A stretch of DNA of 32,000 bases from Mycobacterium leprae TN (GTDB lineage: Bacteria; Actinomycetota; Actinomycetes; Mycobacteriales; Mycobacteriaceae). Position 1 is the first letter of the stretch, and the number at the start of each line of letters is the position of its first letter. Where the stretch lies: assembly GCF_000195855.1 (NCBI RefSeq), contig NC_002677.1, forward strand, positions 180,001-212,000. Reading direction: 5' to 3'. Positions 1 through 13,752 of the stretch are shown piece by piece. The notes below the pieces were generated by a model. That model did not search any database. It was not told where the DNA came from and saw nothing but the letters and a program-made list of their open reading frames with translations. Both the position numbers and the translations under genes were made by a program.

Positions 1-26
1 GAGCGGGCTAGGGTGGTTATCCGATA

Positions 27-2150
27 ATGCGGAGTGAAAACCTCGCAGCACTACTCGCTCGACAGGCAGCAGAAGCGGGATGGTACGACAAGCCCGCCTA
101 CTTTGCTCCGGACGTCGTGACTCATGGTCAGATCCATGACGGTGCGGTGCGTCTTGGAGAAGTGCTAAGAAACCGCGGCCTTTCAGCAGGCGATCGAGTC
201 CTGCTATGTCTCCCTGATTCGCCGGACCTAGTCCAGCTCTTGCTGGCCTGTTTGGCTCGCGGGATCATGGCGTTCCTGGCGAATCCGGAGCTCCATCGCG
301 ATGACTACGCGTTTCCGGAGCGCGACACCGCCGCGGCGCTTGTTATCACAAATGGTTCGCTCCGCGATCGGTTTCAATCATCGAACGTGGTAGAACCCGC
401 TGAGCTGTTGTCCGATGCGACCCGAGTTGAGCCGAGTGACTACGAACCGGTGAGTGGTGATGCGTATGCGTTCGCTACATACACATCCGGCACCACGGGT
501 AAGCCAAAGGCGGCGATCCATCGGCACGCCGATCCGTTCACGTTTGTCGACGCGATGTGTCGTAAAGCGTTGCGGCTCACTCCTCAAGATATCGGTTTAT
601 GTAGCGCCCGCATGTATTTTGCTTATGGCCTAGGCAATTCGGTCTGGTTTCCGCTCGCGACAGGCGGGTCCGCGGTTATCAGTTCAGTGCCGGTCAGTGC
701 GGAATCTGCTGCCATGTTAAGTACTCGATTCGAGCCATCGGTGCTTTACGGTGTACCAAGTTTCTTTGCAAGAGTTGTCGGTGCATGTTCTCCGGACTCT
801 TTCCGTTCGTTGCGCTGTGTGGTAACCGCAGGAGAGGCTCTTGAGCCGGCTCTCGCCGAGCGGCTTGTGGAATTCTTTGGCGGTATTCCTATTCTGGACG
901 GAATTGGATCTTCGGAAGTTGGCCAGACATTCGTATCGAATAGTGTTGACGACTGGCGTGTGGGGACTCTAGGAAAGGTTCTTCCTCCCTACGAGATTCG
1001 TGTTGTAGCGCCGGATGGAGCAACCGCTGGTTCTGGGATTGAGGGGAACCTGTGGGTCCGCGGACCATCGATCGCACAGTCCTATTGGAATCGTCCCGAT
1101 TCGCTGCTGGAGAATGGGGATTGGCTGAACACGCGGGATAGGGTACGTATCGACGGTGACGGGTGGGTTACGTACGGTTGCCGTGCGGATGACACGGAAA
1201 TCGTTGGAGGCGTCAACATTAATCCTCGGGAGGTTGAGCGGCTCATTATTGAGGCCGACGCCGTGGCGGAGGCCGCGGTTGTTGGAGTAAGGGAGTTCAC
1301 CGGCGCGTCTACGCTGCAGGCGTTTTTGGTTCCGGCGGTCGGTGCGTTCATTGATGAATCGGTTATGCGAGACGTCCACCGGCGATTGCTTACCCAACTG
1401 ACTGCTTTCAAGGTGCCGCATAGATTTGCTATTATCGAGCGGCTCCCGCGATCTACGAACGGGAAATTGTTACGTAACGTGCTTCGTGCCCAGAGTCCAA
1501 CGAAACCGATTTGGGAACTTTCGTTGACCGAGTCTCAGTCCGCCACGAAGGCACAGCTTGACGGTCGGCCGGCATCGAACGCGCATGCGCAGGCTGCTGT
1601 GGGACATGCCGCCGGGGCAACGCTCAAACAGCGGTTGTCTGCTTTGCAGCAAGAACGTGAGCGGCTGGTCGTGGAGGCCGTCTGTGCGGAGGCCGTTAAG
1701 ATGTTGGGCGAGTCGGATCCTGGATTGATCAATCGGGATCTCGCTTTCTCGGATCTGGGTTTCGATTCACAAATGACAGTCACGCTGTGTAATCGATTGG
1801 CGGTAGTTACCGGCCTGCGGCTGCCCGAAACGGTCGGGTGGGATTACGGCTCGATATCGGGCCTCTCCCGGTATTTAGAGGCTGAATTGTCCGGTGTGCG
1901 TAGTCGGCCGGAAACGCCTCTTTCAGCGAATTCCGGCGCGAAGGGCCTCTCGCCAATCGACGAGGAGTTGAAGAAAGTCGAAGAGATGGTGGTGGCGATT
2001 GGAGCTAGCGAGAAACAGCGCGTGGCTGATCGTTTGCGTGCACTTCTGGGGATCATCGTCGACGGAGAAGCTGGCTTGAGCAAGCGGATCCAGGCTGCCT
2101 CGACTCCTGACGAAATCTTCCAGCTAATCGATTCCGAGTTGTGCGAATAA
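27..2150 (+). CDS. fadD22: FadD22-like bifunctional p-hydroxybenzoyl-AMP ligase with C-terminal acyl carrier domain (PGL biosynthesis)
   Basis: Intact 707-aa ORF. AMP-binding motif [20 protein letters not shown]-terminal NGKLLRNVL, then a carrier domain with the phosphopantetheine motif [16 protein letters not shown]. Closely resembles the recalled M. tuberculosis FadD22 and is followed by pks15/1. Confidence 0.95.
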   Translation: MRSENLAALLARQAAEAGWYDKPAYFAPDVVTHGQIHDGAVRLGEVLRNRGLSAGDRVLLCLPDSPDLVQLLLACLARGIMAFLANPELHRDDYAFPERDTAAALVITNGSLRDRFQSSNVVEPAELLSDATRVEPSDYEPVSGDAYAFATYTSGTTGKPKAAIHRHADPFTFVDAMCRKALRLTPQDIGLCSARMYFAYGLGNSVWFPLATGGSAVISSVPVSAESAAMLSTRFEPSVLYGVPSFFARVVGACSPDSFRSLRCVVTAGEALEPALAERLVEFFGGIPILDGIGSSEVGQTFVSNSVDDWRVGTLGKVLPPYEIRVVAPDGATAGSGIEGNLWVRGPSIAQSYWNRPDSLLENGDWLNTRDRVRIDGDGWVTYGCRADDTEIVGGVNINPREVERLIIEADAVAEAAVVGVREFTGASTLQAFLVPAVGAFIDESVMRDVHRRLLTQLTAFKVPHRFAIIERLPRSTNGKLLRNVLRAQSPTKPIWELSLTESQSATKAQLDGRPASNAHAQAAVGHAAGATLKQRLSALQQERERLVVEAVCAEAVKMLGESDPGLINRDLAFSDLGFDSQMTVTLCNRLAVVTGLRLPETVGWDYGSISGLSRYLEAELSGVRSRPETPLSANSGAKGLSPIDEELKKVEEMVVAIGASEKQRVADRLRALLGIIVDGEAGLSKRIQAASTPDEIFQLIDSELCE

Positions 2151-2172
2151 TGATGAGGAGTGGCAACTGACC

Positions 2173-5100
2173 ATGACTGCGAGCGTTGAAGGGGCTGACC
2201 AGAAGAGCGAAAAGCTTATAAGTTATCTCAAAAAAGTTGTTGTCGAACTTGATGAGACACGTGCTCGGTTACGGGAATACGAACAACGCGCAACAGAGCC
2301 GGTCGCGGTGGTCGGGATCGGGTGTCGGTTCCCAGGCGGCGTGGATAGTCCAGACAGGCTGTGGGATGTTGTTTCGGAGTGCCGCGATGTCGTGTCGGAG
2401 TTTCCGACGGACCGGGGTTGGGACGTCGATGGGCTGTTTGATCCTGATCCCGATGCGGAAGGCAAGACCTACACGCGGTGGGGTGCGTTTTTAGACGACG
2501 CGGCCGGCTTTGACGCCGGGTTCTTTGGCATCGCCCCTAGCGAGGTGCTGGCGATGGACCCTCAGCAGCGATTGATGCTGGAGGTTTCATGGGAGGCGTT
2601 AGAATACGCGGGGATTGACCCATTGTCGTTGCGCGGGTCCGCGACTGGGGTGTTTACAGGGATTTTCGCGCCGAGTTATGGCAGCAGGGACACTGGGGGC
2701 CTGCAGGGCTATGGATTGACCGGCACCGCGGTTAGTGTGGCCTCGGGGCGCGTGTCGTATGTGTTGGGGCTGGAGGGCCCGGCGGTATCGGTGGACACGG
2801 CGTGTTCGTCGTCGTTGGTAGCGATCCATTGGGCGATGTCGTCGTTGCGCTCAGGTGAGTGCGATTTGGCTTTGGCCGGTGGGGTGACGGTGATGGGGTT
2901 GCCGTCGATTTTTGTGGGCTTCAGTCGGCAGCGGGGGTTGGCTGCTGATGGGCGTTGTAAAGCGTTTGCGAGAGCGGCCGACGGGACTGGCTGGGGCGAG
3001 GGTGCCGGAGTGGTCGTGCTCGAGCGGCTCTCGGACGCACAAAGATTGGGCCATACGGTGTTGGCGGTGGTGCGTGGTAGTGCGGTCAATCAGGATGGCG
3101 CATCTAATGGGTTGACTGCACCCAACGGGCTTGCCCAGCAGCGGGTGATCCAGGCAGCGTTAACTAATGCAGGGCTGTCCTCGGCAGACGTGGATGTGGT
3201 TGAGGCACATGGGACCGCCACTACGTTGGGTGATCCTATCGAAGCGCAGGCATTGCTGGCCACGTATGGGCAGGGACGTCCGGCAGACCAGCCGTTGTGG
3301 GTGGGCTCAATTAAGTCGAATATGGGCCACACTCAGGCCGCCGCAGGGGTGGCCGGGGTGATCAAGATGGTGCAAGCTATGCGTCACCACGTGATGCCGG
3401 CGACGCTGCATGTGGATGAGCCTTCCCCGCGGGTGGATTGGACCACCGGCGCGGTGTCGGTGTTGACCGAGGCCCGGGATTGGTCGGTTGAAGGGCGCCC
3501 GCGCCGGGCGGGGGTGTCGTCGTTTGGGATCAGTGGCACCAACGCGCATGTGATCTTGGAAGAGGCTCCAACCCCGGTTGAGGCGAGTTATAGCACCGCT
3601 GACCAGCAGCGGTTGTCGGTAGTGCCCTGGGTGGTTTCGGGTAGATCGACAGCGGCGTTGATGGCGCAAGCGAGTCGGTTGGCGTTCTATGTGCAGGCTG
3701 ACCCGGAGGTGGATCCAGTTGATGTGGGGTGCGCGCTGGCGGCGCGTTCGGTGTTTGAGCATAGAGCAGTGGTCGTCGGCGAAAGCCGTGAGCAACTAAT
3801 TGCGGGGCTAGCTGGGCTCGCAGTTGGCGAGTCGGGCGCTGGCGTGGCGATCGGTCAAGCAGCGCCGCTGGGCAAGACGGTGGTCGTGTTTCCCGGACAG
3901 GGTGCGCAGCGTATCGGTATGGGCCGCGAGTTGTGCAGCCAGTTGCCAGTGTTTGCTGAGGAGTTCGATGCGGTGACCGGTGAGTTGGATCGCCACATGC
4001 GATTGCCGTTGCGCGACGTTGTGTGGGGAGCCGACGCGGGTTTGCTCGACAGCACTGAGTTTGCTCAGCCGGCGTTGTTCGCGGTGGAGGTGGCGTTGTT
4101 CGCGGTGTTGCAGCACTGGGGCCTGCAACCGGATTTTGTGATGGGGCACTCCATTGGGGAGTTGGCGGCGGCTTACGTGGCTGGAGTATTGGCTCCTGCC
4201 GACGCGGCAATGCTGGTGGTGGCGCGAGGCCGGTTGATGCAGTCGATGCCGGCAGGCGGCACGATGTGGGCGGTTGCTGCTTCGGAAGACGAGGTGGTGT
4301 CGCTGTTAGGTGAGGGTGTTGGGATCGCTGCGATCAACGCGCCTGAATCAGTGGTGATCTCCGGTCCGCAGGCCGCGGTGAGCGCCATTGCGGATAAGTT
4401 CGCTGCGCAGGGCCGGCGGGTGCATCAGCTGGCGGTCTCGCATGCGTTTCATTCGCCGTTAATGGAGCCGATGCTCGAGGAGTTTGTGCGCGTTGCGGCT
4501 CAGGTTGAGGTGCGCAAGCCGCAGATTGGTCTGGTGTCAAATGTGACGGGCGAGTTGGCTGGCCCTGATTTCGGTTCTCCGCAGTACTGGGGGGAGCACG
4601 TTAGCCGGGCGGTGCGTTTTGTCGACAGTGCTCGTCATTTGCAGACTTTGGGTGCGACCCACTTCATTGAGTCTGGCCCCAGTAGTGGTTTGATGGGCGC
4701 TATTGAGCAGTCCTTGGCTCCGGCTGAGGCTGTGGTGGTGTCGATGATGGGTAAAGACCGGCCTGAGCTGGCCTCGGTGCTCGGTGCTGCCGGTCAGTTA
4801 TTCGCTACCGGTATGCCAGTGGAGTGGCCTGCGGTGTTTGCCGGTTCAAGTAGGCGGCGGGTGACGTTGCCCACCTATGCGTTCCAGCGCCGTCGATTTT
4901 GGGAAACTCCGGGAACTGATGGTACCGCCTCTGTGTCTGGTTTAGGCCTGGGCTCGACCGAACATGCGCTGTTGGGTGCGGTGGTCGAGCGACCCGATTC
5001 TGGCGGGGTGGTGTTGACCGGCAGGTTATCGCTGGCGAATCAGCCGTGGTTGGCTGATCACGTGATTGGCGGGGTCGTGCTGTTTCCTGGGGCGGGTTTT

Positions 5101-8100
5101 GTCGAGTTGGTGATCCGCGCCGGTGATGAGGTCGGTTGTGCGGGTGTCGAGGAGTTGGTGCTGGCGGCACCGCTGGTGCTGCACCCAGGGTCGGGGGTGC
5201 AGGTGCAGGTGGTCGTGGCAGCCGCTGATGAGTCGAGTCGTCGGGCAGTGTCGGTGTATTCCCGGGGTGATCAATCCCACGGGGGTTGGTTGCTAAACGC
5301 CGAGGGCTTGTTGGAGGTGGATGCCGCGGAGGCCACGGTGGATTTGTCATTGTGGCCGCCGGAAGGTGCCGAGAGCGTGGATATCTCGGACGCCTATCCT
5401 CAGTTAGCCGAGCGCGGTTACGCCTACGGCCCGGCGTTTCAGGGTTTGGTGGCAATCTGGCGGCGCGGTTCGGAGCTGTTCGCCGAGGTAGTCGCTCCCA
5501 CTGGTGTGGTTGTCGACGGGATGGGGATGCACCCGGCGTTACTAGACGCAGTGCTGCATGCTTTGGGGTTGGCTATCGAGAACACTCAGGCGACCACCGA
5601 GATGCGACTGCCATTTTGTTGGCGCGGTGTGTCGCTGCATGCCGGTGGTGCTGGGCGGGTGCGTGCTCGCTTCACCTCGGCAGGGGCGGATGCGATCGCA
5701 GTGGATATCGCAGACTCCGCGGGGTTGCCGGTTTTGACCGTGCGTTCGCTGGTCACTCGTGCGATGACTGCTGAACAGCTGCGCACCGCCGTGACCGCGG
5801 CTGGTGGTGCGCTCGAACAGGGGCCGATGGACCTAGTGTGGTCGCCAATACCGCTTAGCAGCGACGGTCACGGCGGTGGCCTGCCTTCCGTAGTGTCTTG
5901 GGCAGACTATTGCGCCGGCAGAGGCAATGATACGGGCGTCGTGGTGTGGGAATTCGGGTCTGCGTCTGCTGGTGCCCAAGCACCTGTGGACTCGGTAGCC
6001 GCGGTATATTCGGCCACCCACGCCGCCCTTCAGGTGCTGCAGTTTTGGTTTGGCCAGGATAGAGCCGGTACGCTGGTGGTGTTGACCCGTGGTGCTGTCG
6101 GGTTGGTCGGTGAGGGTATCAGTGACCTGGCCGCCGCTGCGGTATGGGGCATGGTGCGGTCGGCGCAGAGCGAACATTCCGGCAAGATTGTGTTGATCGA
6201 CACCGACTCGGCAGTGGACGTGGCGGTGTTGGCAGACCTTGGCGAATCCCAACTGTTGGTGCGCTGCAACACCGTGCATGCGGCTCGTTTGTCCCCGGCC
6301 CCGCAACTGCTGGCTCTGCCGGTCGGGGAGTCAATGTGGCGTTTGGCTGCCGATGGCGGTGGGACTTTGGAGGATCTGGTGATCCAGCCCTGCCCAGAAG
6401 TGCAAGCACCGCTGCAGGCGGGGCATATGCGGGTGGCGGTGGCTGCGGTCGGGGTCAACTTCCGCGACGTGGTGGCCGCACTGGGAATGTATCCCGGCCA
6501 AGCCCCGCCACTGGGTGCAGAAGGCGCCGGGGTGGTGATCGAAATCGGTCCCGAGGTTACCGGTGTGGCCGTCGGTGACGCGGTGATGGGTTTCCTCGGT
6601 GGGGCGGGTCCGCTGGCAGTTGTGCACCAACAACTGATTACCCAGATGCCGCAGGGCTGGTCGTTGGCTGAGGCCGCCGCCGTGCCGGTGGTGTTTTTGA
6701 CGGCCTTGTTCGGGTTGGCGGATTTGGCCGGCATCCGGGCCGGGGAATCGGTGCTTATACATGCCGGAACCGGTGGTGTGGGCATGGCAGCAGTGCAGTT
6801 TGCTCGCCACTGGGGTGTGGAAATTTTCGTCACCGCCAGCCGCGGTAAGTGGGACACGCTACGCGACATGGGGTTTGACGACGACCACATCGGTGATTCC
6901 CGGACGTTGGAGTTCGAGGAGAAGTTCCTTGCAGTGACTGATGGTCGCGGGGTTGATGTAGTGCTCGATTCACTGGCCGGTGATTTCGTGGATGCTTCGT
7001 TGCGCTTGTTAGTCCGTGGTGGGCGTTTTCTCGAGATGGGCAAGACCGATATCCGCGATGCGCAGGAGATCGCTGCCAACTATCCTGGTGTGCAGTATCG
7101 GGCGTTCGATCTGTCGGAGGCCGGCCCGGTGCGCATGCAGGAGATGCTATGCGAGGTGCGTGAGCTCTTCGATACCCAGGTGCTGCATCGGTTGCCGGTC
7201 ACTAGCTGGGATGTACGCTGCGCGCCGGCAGCCTTCCGGTTCATGAGTCAGGCCCGCCACATCGGCAAGGTTGTCTTGACCATGCCTTCGGCGCTGGCTG
7301 ATGGATTGGCCGAAGGCACCGTTCTAATCACTGGCGCTTCCGGGGCGATCGGTGGGGTATTGGCACGCCACATGGTCAGCGCCTACGGTGTGCGCCATCT
7401 GGTGTTGGCTAGTAGGCGGGGTGATCGTGCTGAGGGAGCGGTTGAGTTGGCCGCTGAATTGGTTGGGGCCGGCGCCAAGATACAGGTGGTAGCTTGTGAC
7501 GTGGCCGATAATGATGCTGTACGAGGATTGTTCGCTCAGCTGTCGCGGGAGTTTCCGCCGGTGCGCGGCGTGATTCATGCCGCCGGTGTGCTCGATGACG
7601 GGGCGATCACTTCATTGACACCGGATCGGGTCGATACGGTGTTGCGAGCCAAGGTGGACGCGGCGTGGAACCTACACGAGGCCACCCGCGATCTGGACTT
7701 GTTGATGTTTGTTTTGTGCTCCTCGATCGCGGCCACGGTCGGCTCGCCGGGGCAGGGCAACTACTCCGCGGCAAACGCGTTCCTCGATGGGTTGGCCGCT
7801 TATCGGCAGGCCGCCGGGTTGGCCGGGACATCGCTGGCGTGGGGGTTATGGGAGCAGCCCGGCGGCATGAACGCTCATTTGAGCAGCCGTGACCTAGCCC
7901 GTATAAGTCGTAGCGGGCTGGCTCCGATGAACCCTGCCCAGGCGCTGGAATTGTTTGACGCTGCGTTGGTGATCGATCACCCCTTTATGGTGACTGCCCT
8001 TCTGGACCGGGCCGCACTTGATGCCCAGGCCCAGGCTGGCGCGTTGCCGCCATTATTCAGTAGGCTGGTGCGACGTTCGCGGCGACGCCAAATTGAGGAC

Positions 8101-8484
8101 CCCGGGGATGCCACCCAGTCGAAGTTGGCTCTGGTCCAGCGCCTACAAGGACTGGCTGCGAACAGGCAACTCGAGCTGCTGGTAGGGGTCGTGTGCTTGC
8201 AGGCAGCGGCGGTACTGGGCCGGCCCTCTCCTGAGGACATCGACCCCAACACCAAGTTTCAGGACCTCGGTTTCGACTCGCTGACAGCCGTCGAATTGCG
8301 CAACAGGCTAAAGTCAGCGACCGGGTTGACTTTGCCGCCAACCGTGATCTTCGATCACCCCACTCCCACCGCGGTCGCCGAGTACGTCGCTCAGCAAATG
8401 CTGAAAAGCCGCCCAGCGGAATCCGGTGATGAAACGTCACAGGCTGTCGAACCGAAGGTTGAGGAAGTGTCCGTACACGCTTAA
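2173..8484 (+). CDS. pks15/1: Type I polyketide synthase Pks15/1, single unsplit ORF (KS-AT-DH-ER-KR-ACP)
   Basis: Intact 2103-aa ORF. KS: [15 protein letters not shown]: [14 protein letters not shown] with HAFHSPL. DH: [18 protein letters not shown]: [23 protein letters not shown]: [20 protein letters not shown]: [22 protein letters not shown] lies at 2155-2160 upstream of the ATG. Confidence 0.95.
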   Translation: MTASVEGADQKSEKLISYLKKVVVELDETRARLREYEQRATEPVAVVGIGCRFPGGVDSPDRLWDVVSECRDVVSEFPTDRGWDVDGLFDPDPDAEGKTYTRWGAFLDDAAGFDAGFFGIAPSEVLAMDPQQRLMLEVSWEALEYAGIDPLSLRGSATGVFTGIFAPSYGSRDTGGLQGYGLTGTAVSVASGRVSYVLGLEGPAVSVDTACSSSLVAIHWAMSSLRSGECDLALAGGVTVMGLPSIFVGFSRQRGLAADGRCKAFARAADGTGWGEGAGVVVLERLSDAQRLGHTVLAVVRGSAVNQDGASNGLTAPNGLAQQRVIQAALTNAGLSSADVDVVEAHGTATTLGDPIEAQALLATYGQGRPADQPLWVGSIKSNMGHTQAAAGVAGVIKMVQAMRHHVMPATLHVDEPSPRVDWTTGAVSVLTEARDWSVEGRPRRAGVSSFGISGTNAHVILEEAPTPVEASYSTADQQRLSVVPWVVSGRSTAALMAQASRLAFYVQADPEVDPVDVGCALAARSVFEHRAVVVGESREQLIAGLAGLAVGESGAGVAIGQAAPLGKTVVVFPGQGAQRIGMGRELCSQLPVFAEEFDAVTGELDRHMRLPLRDVVWGADAGLLDSTEFAQPALFAVEVALFAVLQHWGLQPDFVMGHSIGELAAAYVAGVLAPADAAMLVVARGRLMQSMPAGGTMWAVAASEDEVVSLLGEGVGIAAINAPESVVISGPQAAVSAIADKFAAQGRRVHQLAVSHAFHSPLMEPMLEEFVRVAAQVEVRKPQIGLVSNVTGELAGPDFGSPQYWGEHVSRAVRFVDSARHLQTLGATHFIESGPSSGLMGAIEQSLAPAEAVVVSMMGKDRPELASVLGAAGQLFATGMPVEWPAVFAGSSRRRVTLPTYAFQRRRFWETPGTDGTASVSGLGLGSTEHALLGAVVERPDSGGVVLTGRLSLANQPWLADHVIGGVVLFPGAGFVELVIRAGDEVGCAGVEELVLAAPLVLHPGSGVQVQVVVAAADESSRRAVSVYSRGDQSHGGWLLNAEGLLEVDAAEATVDLSLWPPEGAESVDISDAYPQLAERGYAYGPAFQGLVAIWRRGSELFAEVVAPTGVVVDGMGMHPALLDAVLHALGLAIENTQATTEMRLPFCWRGVSLHAGGAGRVRARFTSAGADAIAVDIADSAGLPVLTVRSLVTRAMTAEQLRTAVTAAGGALEQGPMDLVWSPIPLSSDGHGGGLPSVVSWADYCAGRGNDTGVVVWEFGSASAGAQAPVDSVAAVYSATHAALQVLQFWFGQDRAGTLVVLTRGAVGLVGEGISDLAAAAVWGMVRSAQSEHSGKIVLIDTDSAVDVAVLADLGESQLLVRCNTVHAARLSPAPQLLALPVGESMWRLAADGGGTLEDLVIQPCPEVQAPLQAGHMRVAVAAVGVNFRDVVAALGMYPGQAPPLGAEGAGVVIEIGPEVTGVAVGDAVMGFLGGAGPLAVVHQQLITQMPQGWSLAEAAAVPVVFLTALFGLADLAGIRAGESVLIHAGTGGVGMAAVQFARHWGVEIFVTASRGKWDTLRDMGFDDDHIGDSRTLEFEEKFLAVTDGRGVDVVLDSLAGDFVDASLRLLVRGGRFLEMGKTDIRDAQEIAANYPGVQYRAFDLSEAGPVRMQEMLCEVRELFDTQVLHRLPVTSWDVRCAPAAFRFMSQARHIGKVVLTMPSALADGLAEGTVLITGASGAIGGVLARHMVSAYGVRHLVLASRRGDRAEGAVELAAELVGAGAKIQVVACDVADNDAVRGLFAQLSREFPPVRGVIHAAGVLDDGAITSLTPDRVDTVLRAKVDAAWNLHEATRDLDLLMFVLCSSIAATVGSPGQGNYSAANAFLDGLAAYRQAAGLAGTSLAWGLWEQPGGMNAHLSSRDLARISRSGLAPMNPAQALELFDAALVIDHPFMVTALLDRAALDAQAQAGALPPLFSRLVRRSRRRQIEDPGDATQSKLALVQRLQGLAANRQLELLVGVVCLQAAAVLGRPSPEDIDPNTKFQDLGFDSLTAVELRNRLKSATGLTLPPTVIFDHPTPTAVAEYVAQQMLKSRPAESGDETSQAVEPKVEEVSVHA

Positions 8485-8550
8485 CACACTCAAGTGTCAG
8501 TATCATTCTTCGGGTTGCGAGCCCACTAGACAGATCGAGGTAGTTAGCAA

Positions 8551-9252
8551 ATGAATGATCGGAAGTGGGTGACGTCGTCCGTTATGCTAGTGACGTTGAG
8601 TGCCTGTCTGGCGCTGGGGCTATCCGGATGCTCTTCAACGAAACCTGATGCCCAGGAACAGAGTAGTTCGTCTAGCCCGGCGTCCTCTGACCCCGCGCTC
8701 ACCGCTGAGATTAAGCAGTCGCTGGAGACGACAAAGGCGTTGTCCAGCGTGCACGTAGTGGTCCAAACAACCGGGAAAGTCGACGCCTTGCTCGGTATCA
8801 GCAATGCCGACGTCGACGTCCAGGCCAATCCACTTGCGGTAAAGGGCACCTGCACCTATAACGACCAGCCCGGGGTCCCGTTTCGAGTGTTGGGTGACAA
8901 CATCTCGGTGAAACTGTTCGACGACTGGAGTAATCTCGGCTCCATCTCCGACCTGTCAACCTCACATGTGCTTGACCCCAACACCGGTATTACGCAGGTG
9001 TTGTCGGGTGTTATCAACTTACAGGCGCAAGGCACCGAGGTGGTTGACAGAATCCCGACCAACAAAATCACTGGAACCGTCCCTACGAGTTCGGTCAAGA
9101 TGCTTGATCCTAAGGCTAAGGGTTCGAAGCTGGCGACCGTGTGGATTGCTCAGGACGGCTCGCATCATCTCGTCCGGGCAAGCATCGACCTCGGCTCCGG
9201 GTCTATTCAGCTCACGCAGTCCAAATGGAACGAGCCGGTGAACACTAACTAG
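8551..9252 (+). CDS. lppX: LppX lipoprotein (LppX/LprAFG family, DIM transport)
   Basis: Intact 233-aa ORF with an N-terminal signal and lipobox (ALGLSGCSS). The body closely resembles recalled M. tuberculosis LppX (DNISVKLFDDWSNLGSIS, WIAQDGSHHLVRASIDLGSGSIQLTQSKWNEPVN). Confidence 0.95.
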   Translation: MNDRKWVTSSVMLVTLSACLALGLSGCSSTKPDAQEQSSSSSPASSDPALTAEIKQSLETTKALSSVHVVVQTTGKVDALLGISNADVDVQANPLAVKGTCTYNDQPGVPFRVLGDNISVKLFDDWSNLGSISDLSTSHVLDPNTGITQVLSGVINLQAQGTEVVDRIPTNKITGTVPTSSVKMLDPKAKGSKLATVWIAQDGSHHLVRASIDLGSGSIQLTQSKWNEPVNTN

Positions 9253-11961
9253 TTAGTTAGGGCCACCGCTTAATCGGCTCGGCAGTTTTGACCAGGCTGG
9301 CATGGCCGCTTCGGCATGGTAGGAAATCAAAACTTGTTCCACCTTGGTGAGCGCGCCCAGCGCGATCACCAGAACCGTACCGACTTGGCTGAGCGCACTG
9401 AAGGAAGCTTCCGCCACCACCAGTCCGGCGCCGAATATAGCGCCGAGCACAGTCAGCGGTACAACCGCGCGCCGCACGGACACGGTCGCCGCAGTCTTCG
9501 CCTCGGCGGAGACTCGAGCGGCCTCGAGACTGGTAACCAGATACAGTACCCCACACGGAGCTAGGATGGCGAAGGATACCAGTGGGACCGAGGCCTGCAG
9601 TTCGTGACCCAGGATGTGTTGCCACAGCGCAACCGAGATTCCCAACCCGCCGAGGTAGGCGGCTAGCACGCCTAAGCCAACCGCAACTCCACTGCCAGCG
9701 CTGACCCACATGCTGGCCAGGGCCACTACTGCAAATAGCATACCTGCCAACAGCACAGCGTCGTGGGTAAGGGCAGCACGAGCGGCTACGGCTACTTGTG
9801 CGGCCCCACCTAGCGTGATCCGGCTGTCAACGAGGCTTCCGTATTTCATCGCCTTGCCTGCGGCGATTTCGAGCTGCTGCGCACGCGCCGCGGTATCAAG
9901 ACCCGGGTTATGCTCATTAGTGTAGACGACCAGGCGGGTCGCTGTTCCGTCTGACGAGAACATCGATTCTCGTACGTGCTGGTAGGATGAACTCATCAGC
10001 TCCTTCATGGGTAGATGGAAGCCGCCTTCACCGGTATCAGCAAAGTCTCTACTGAGATTTTTCAGCATCGCCGATGCTTGCGCTATTTGCGGCATGAGTT
10101 CCTGGATGGTGGATTCCAGCCTGGGTATGAAGGAGCGTGCTTGCTTCAGCGCCGACCGCATCTGCGCCACCATGTGCGGTGCTTCGTTGAAGGAGCTTAT
10201 TGTTTGGTCCGATATCGCCGAGATACGGTCGACACCATTGGACAGTTGGTCCATGCTGGCGGCCACTTTGTCATATGGTTCAATGACCTTGCGCATGGCC
10301 GAACACAATACGTCGTTGGGACAGTTTGTAACGCTTACGACCCAGCCGCGGACTGTGTCCAGGTATCCCGAAAATTCAGCGGTTTTGCTTTTAATGTTCC
10401 GTGCGGCGGAGAGCACCGGGTTGAGGTACTGTTGCACTTGGTGGGCCCCGGCCAGAGCCACATTGACGGTGCTTTCCAGTTCGTCCACGGTGCTGCTCAT
10501 CTGATCGATCATGGTCTTCATTTGTTTGATCGCAGTCACTGCCGGCACGAACGACCCGGCCTGCTGACTCATCTGATCGGCGAGCCTTCCCGCCGCGGAG
10601 CTGAGCGAGGCGTCGTTCCACGGTACACCAGCCGGCCATGCCGCCGACTCCACCTTGCGTACGCCGGGAATCTCCATCAGACGGTGACTGACTTGGTCGA
10701 TGGCGATAAGCGCCGCGGGATCCCTGAGGTCCCGGGCGGATTTGATGAGCAGAATGTCGGGTAGCAGATTGCCCGGGAGGATCTGTGTGCCACTTTGCGC
10801 GGTATGGTCCTCGGCCAGACCCAACCGCATCCCGATGACTGGTAGTGCGCAGGTGGCCAGCACCACGGCGGTGAGGCGTGCCGGACTAGAGAAGTTGGGT
10901 ACTAACAACCGACGTGTCCAGGTATTGCCGTTCACCTGTGGTGATATTTGCCCACTTGGTCCTGCGAGCTTGATCAGCGTAGGCAGCAGTGTCAACGAAG
11001 CTGCAAGTGCCACAACGACACCCAGTGCTACGGTGCCGACGCTGTGTAGTGCCGGTGTTCGGGCAAGCAGTAATGTACCGGTGAGCAATGCGACACACGC
11101 CCCGAGCAGTGCCAATGCGGGCAAGTGGGCGCGGCAAGTGGGCGCGGCAGAATCACCTGTGTAGGACCTGGACGCTAGCAGGGTGGAAGCGGTGATGGTC
11201 CCGATCGTCAGGACTGCAGCCAAGTTCCAAGAGAATACCGAAACGGTCCCCCCAGTTTGTCTCTGTACCACCGCGGCGAGCGGCCAAGCCGCCGCGAGCG
11301 AAAAGTCGGCTGTCAGCAGCATGATCACCACGATCCGTATGGCTTGCCGCGCTCGCAGCAGGAATAAGATGGCGATCACCGCCGCTGCGGTCACGATTGC
11401 CATGCCCTGCCAGGCAGTCATCTCCATAGGCATGTTGTTAGTGGTCGCTGGGACCACGATACGGGCGCGGAGCTCTTCACTCGGCGGTAACTGGCGCACC
11501 ACTGATCGGATAGCGCCGAGGGATGCCCGAGCTCGGGTCGTCCCCGCCTCGCCCTGCAACCAGATCAAGGCTATTGCGGAGCGGCTGTCGGGACTGGTCC
11601 CCAGCGGGGCGGTGAGGGGATCCGACCACCAGTCGAGGACAGATCCCACGTCGTGAGTATCGGCGCGCAGGGCGTTGACGGCAGAGTCGTAGTAAGGCTG
11701 GTCTTCCGGTTCAAGTGTCCTGTTGCCTTCCACCACCAGGTAGGCAATGGCGTTCGTGCCGGTGCCTGGGAAAGCCTGCGCAATCTGGTTGGTTGTGGTG
11801 ACTGTCATGGTGTCTTGCGGCAAGAGCACCGAGTTCTTATCACGAAGTTTCGCCTGTGTCAACGTGAAAATTAAGTTGGCTATCACTACCGCTGTGATCC
11901 AGGCGGTGATGACAAGGAGGTTGGCTAGCCGGAGCGACCTATGACTGTCGTCGGTTGACAC
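9253..11961 (-). CDS. mmpL7: MmpL7-like RND-family lipid transporter (PDIM/PGL export)
   Basis: Intact 902-aa ORF with many hydrophobic segments and MmpL-type features. It lies between lppX and fadD28, as in the known PDIM locus. Confidence 0.93.
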   Translation of the reverse strand: MSTDDSHRSLRLANLLVITAWITAVVIANLIFTLTQAKLRDKNSVLLPQDTMTVTTTNQIAQAFPGTGTNAIAYLVVEGNRTLEPEDQPYYDSAVNALRADTHDVGSVLDWWSDPLTAPLGTSPDSRSAIALIWLQGEAGTTRARASLGAIRSVVRQLPPSEELRARIVVPATTNNMPMEMTAWQGMAIVTAAAVIAILFLLRARQAIRIVVIMLLTADFSLAAAWPLAAVVQRQTGGTVSVFSWNLAAVLTIGTITASTLLASRSYTGDSAAPTCRAHLPALALLGACVALLTGTLLLARTPALHSVGTVALGVVVALAASLTLLPTLIKLAGPSGQISPQVNGNTWTRRLLVPNFSSPARLTAVVLATCALPVIGMRLGLAEDHTAQSGTQILPGNLLPDILLIKSARDLRDPAALIAIDQVSHRLMEIPGVRKVESAAWPAGVPWNDASLSSAAGRLADQMSQQAGSFVPAVTAIKQMKTMIDQMSSTVDELESTVNVALAGAHQVQQYLNPVLSAARNIKSKTAEFSGYLDTVRGWVVSVTNCPNDVLCSAMRKVIEPYDKVAASMDQLSNGVDRISAISDQTISSFNEAPHMVAQMRSALKQARSFIPRLESTIQELMPQIAQASAMLKNLSRDFADTGEGGFHLPMKELMSSSYQHVRESMFSSDGTATRLVVYTNEHNPGLDTAARAQQLEIAAGKAMKYGSLVDSRITLGGAAQVAVAARAALTHDAVLLAGMLFAVVALASMWVSAGSGVAVGLGVLAAYLGGLGISVALWQHILGHELQASVPLVSFAILAPCGVLYLVTSLEAARVSAEAKTAATVSVRRAVVPLTVLGAIFGAGLVVAEASFSALSQVGTVLVIALGALTKVEQVLISYHAEAAMPAWSKLPSRLSGGPN

Positions 11962-12012
11962 GCTCGTGAATCTCAGATGGATGTACTAAATTCTACACAG
12001 TAGGGTCTTTGG

Positions 12013-13752
12013 CTAAGCATCTAGGCGGTCGAACTGATCCTGTCGATACCGTTCGACACATGTCGATCGTCTGACTTTGCCGCTTGTGGTAATCGGGATC
12101 GAGCCAGGCGCTACCAGGACTACATCTGAGACGCTTAGTCCGTGTGAATTTGATAAAGCCGAGATGACTTCACGTTTGATAGCGCCTAGTCGGTCCATCG
12201 CATACTGGTCTGCGTCACCCAGCTTCTTGAGCTCGATTATGGCAACTAGTTTTTCGGTGTTGCGGTCAGGAACCGATATTGCCGCGCAGCGGCCTCGGGT
12301 GATTTCCTGGATCGTCCCCTCAATATCGTCCGGGGAATGGTTGCGGCCGTACACGATTAGCAGATCCTTTATACGGCCAATGATGAACATCTTGCCGTCG
12401 ATTACGAAGCCCGAGTCTCCCGTTCTCAACCAAGGACCTTCGGGTGTTCCTCTCGAAGGGGCGGCAATCTTTCCGCCGAACGTGCGCTCACTCTCGTCAG
12501 GTTTTTGCCAATAGCCGTCAGCGACGTTGTCACCGTGTACCCAAATCTCACCGACGGTTCCATCTTGACATTGTATGCAGGTGTCCGAGTCGACAATCCG
12601 TACGATCGGTGACGGCGGCAAAACGTAGCTGATCAACGATGTACCGTTGCCACTTGTGCAAGTCTTGGCCTGGCCGGTGGACAAACTCTCAGCATCGAAG
12701 TCAACGAGTTCCGCGGGCTGGCCCGATCTGCTGGTTGCTACGTACACTGTTGCTTCTGCGAGCCCGTATGAAGGCCGAACCGCTTTTTCCTTCAAATTGA
12801 AACGAGCAAAACGGTTGTTGAAGCGCTTAATCGTCGCGGGTTGTACTCGTTCGCTACCATTCAGGATAATGTGTATATTACCTAGGTCGACCCCGATCAT
12901 ATCGTCGTCCGATATCTTCTTTGTCGCCAGTTCAAAGGCGAAGTTCGGTGCCGCCGAAAAGACTGGAAACTCACTGGCTAACATGTGCATCCACCGGGCT
13001 GGGCGCTGTAGGAACGACACTGGACTGGTGAGTACTGCCGGACATCCCCCTAAAATCGGTACGCAAACTCCCAGTATCAGACCCATGTCGTGGTAGAACG
13101 GTAGCCACGATACGCTCATCCCACCCACCGGGAAGACCCCGTCAGTGTCCGCCAAGTAGGTCGACATCAGCTGTTCGAAATTGGCCCGAAGGTTGTGATG
13201 CGATATCATCACTCCCGCGGGAGTGCGAGTCGACCCTGAAGTGTATTGCAAATAGGCGGTGGATAGGTGGTCGCCGTTACCGTCGCCGGACCCGTTCGGC
13301 GAGTCAAGATCTAGCAAATCAACTTCAATGATTGATGGCGTAGATTCATCAGGACGCTGCGTAACGTGATGCACAACATCGTCCACGGCGGGCGATGTTG
13401 TGAGGATGGCCACAGGCGATGAATCGTTGAGCACTGACTCGAAACGTTCATCCGTGACGCCGCCCTGTGGCACCGACAGGGGAACAGCGATACGCCCGGC
13501 TTGCAATGCGCCGAGAAAAGCGACAACGTAGTCGAGTCCTTGTGGAGCGGAGATGGCGACCCGATCACCCGTTGAACCACAACGGTTCAATTCTTGTGCC
13601 ACGTTCAGCGTTCGTCGGTACAGCTGCGACCACGTCAAGGTTATCTTGACACCGTCCCAGTCCTGTTCGTAATCCATAAACGTGAAGACCGGGTCGTTCG
13701 GTTGTAGACGTGCGCACGTGCGCAGCACGGCGGGGATGGAACGCACACTCAT
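12013..13752 (-). CDS. fadD28: FadD28-like long-chain fatty-acyl-AMP ligase
   Basis: Intact 579-aa [67 protein letters not shown]. Divergently oriented from mas. Confidence 0.94.
   Translation of the reverse strand: MSVRSIPAVLRTCARLQPNDPVFTFMDYEQDWDGVKITLTWSQLYRRTLNVAQELNRCGSTGDRVAISAPQGLDYVVAFLGALQAGRIAVPLSVPQGGVTDERFESVLNDSSPVAILTTSPAVDDVVHHVTQRPDESTPSIIEVDLLDLDSPNGSGDGNGDHLSTAYLQYTSGSTRTPAGVMISHHNLRANFEQLMSTYLADTDGVFPVGGMSVSWLPFYHDMGLILGVCVPILGGCPAVLTSPVSFLQRPARWMHMLASEFPVFSAAPNFAFELATKKISDDDMIGVDLGNIHIILNGSERVQPATIKRFNNRFARFNLKEKAVRPSYGLAEATVYVATSRSGQPAELVDFDAESLSTGQAKTCTSGNGTSLISYVLPPSPIVRIVDSDTCIQCQDGTVGEIWVHGDNVADGYWQKPDESERTFGGKIAAPSRGTPEGPWLRTGDSGFVIDGKMFIIGRIKDLLIVYGRNHSPDDIEGTIQEITRGRCAAISVPDRNTEKLVAIIELKKLGDADQYAMDRLGAIKREVISALSNSHGLSVSDVVLVAPGSIPITTSGKVRRSTCVERYRQDQFDRLDA

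Noticed and set aside
6030-7079. 349-aa minus-strand ORF overlapping pks15/1
   Set aside because: Shadow ORF antisense to a well-supported PKS ER/KR region in GC-rich DNA. The same applies to the other antisense ORFs within 27-20571 (e.g. 3530-4210, 4805-5455, 5286-5774, 15210-16010).
10015-10764. 249-aa and 165-aa plus-strand ORFs opposite mmpL7
   Set aside because: Antisense shadows of an intact transporter gene; composition follows from the coding strand and no family was recognised.
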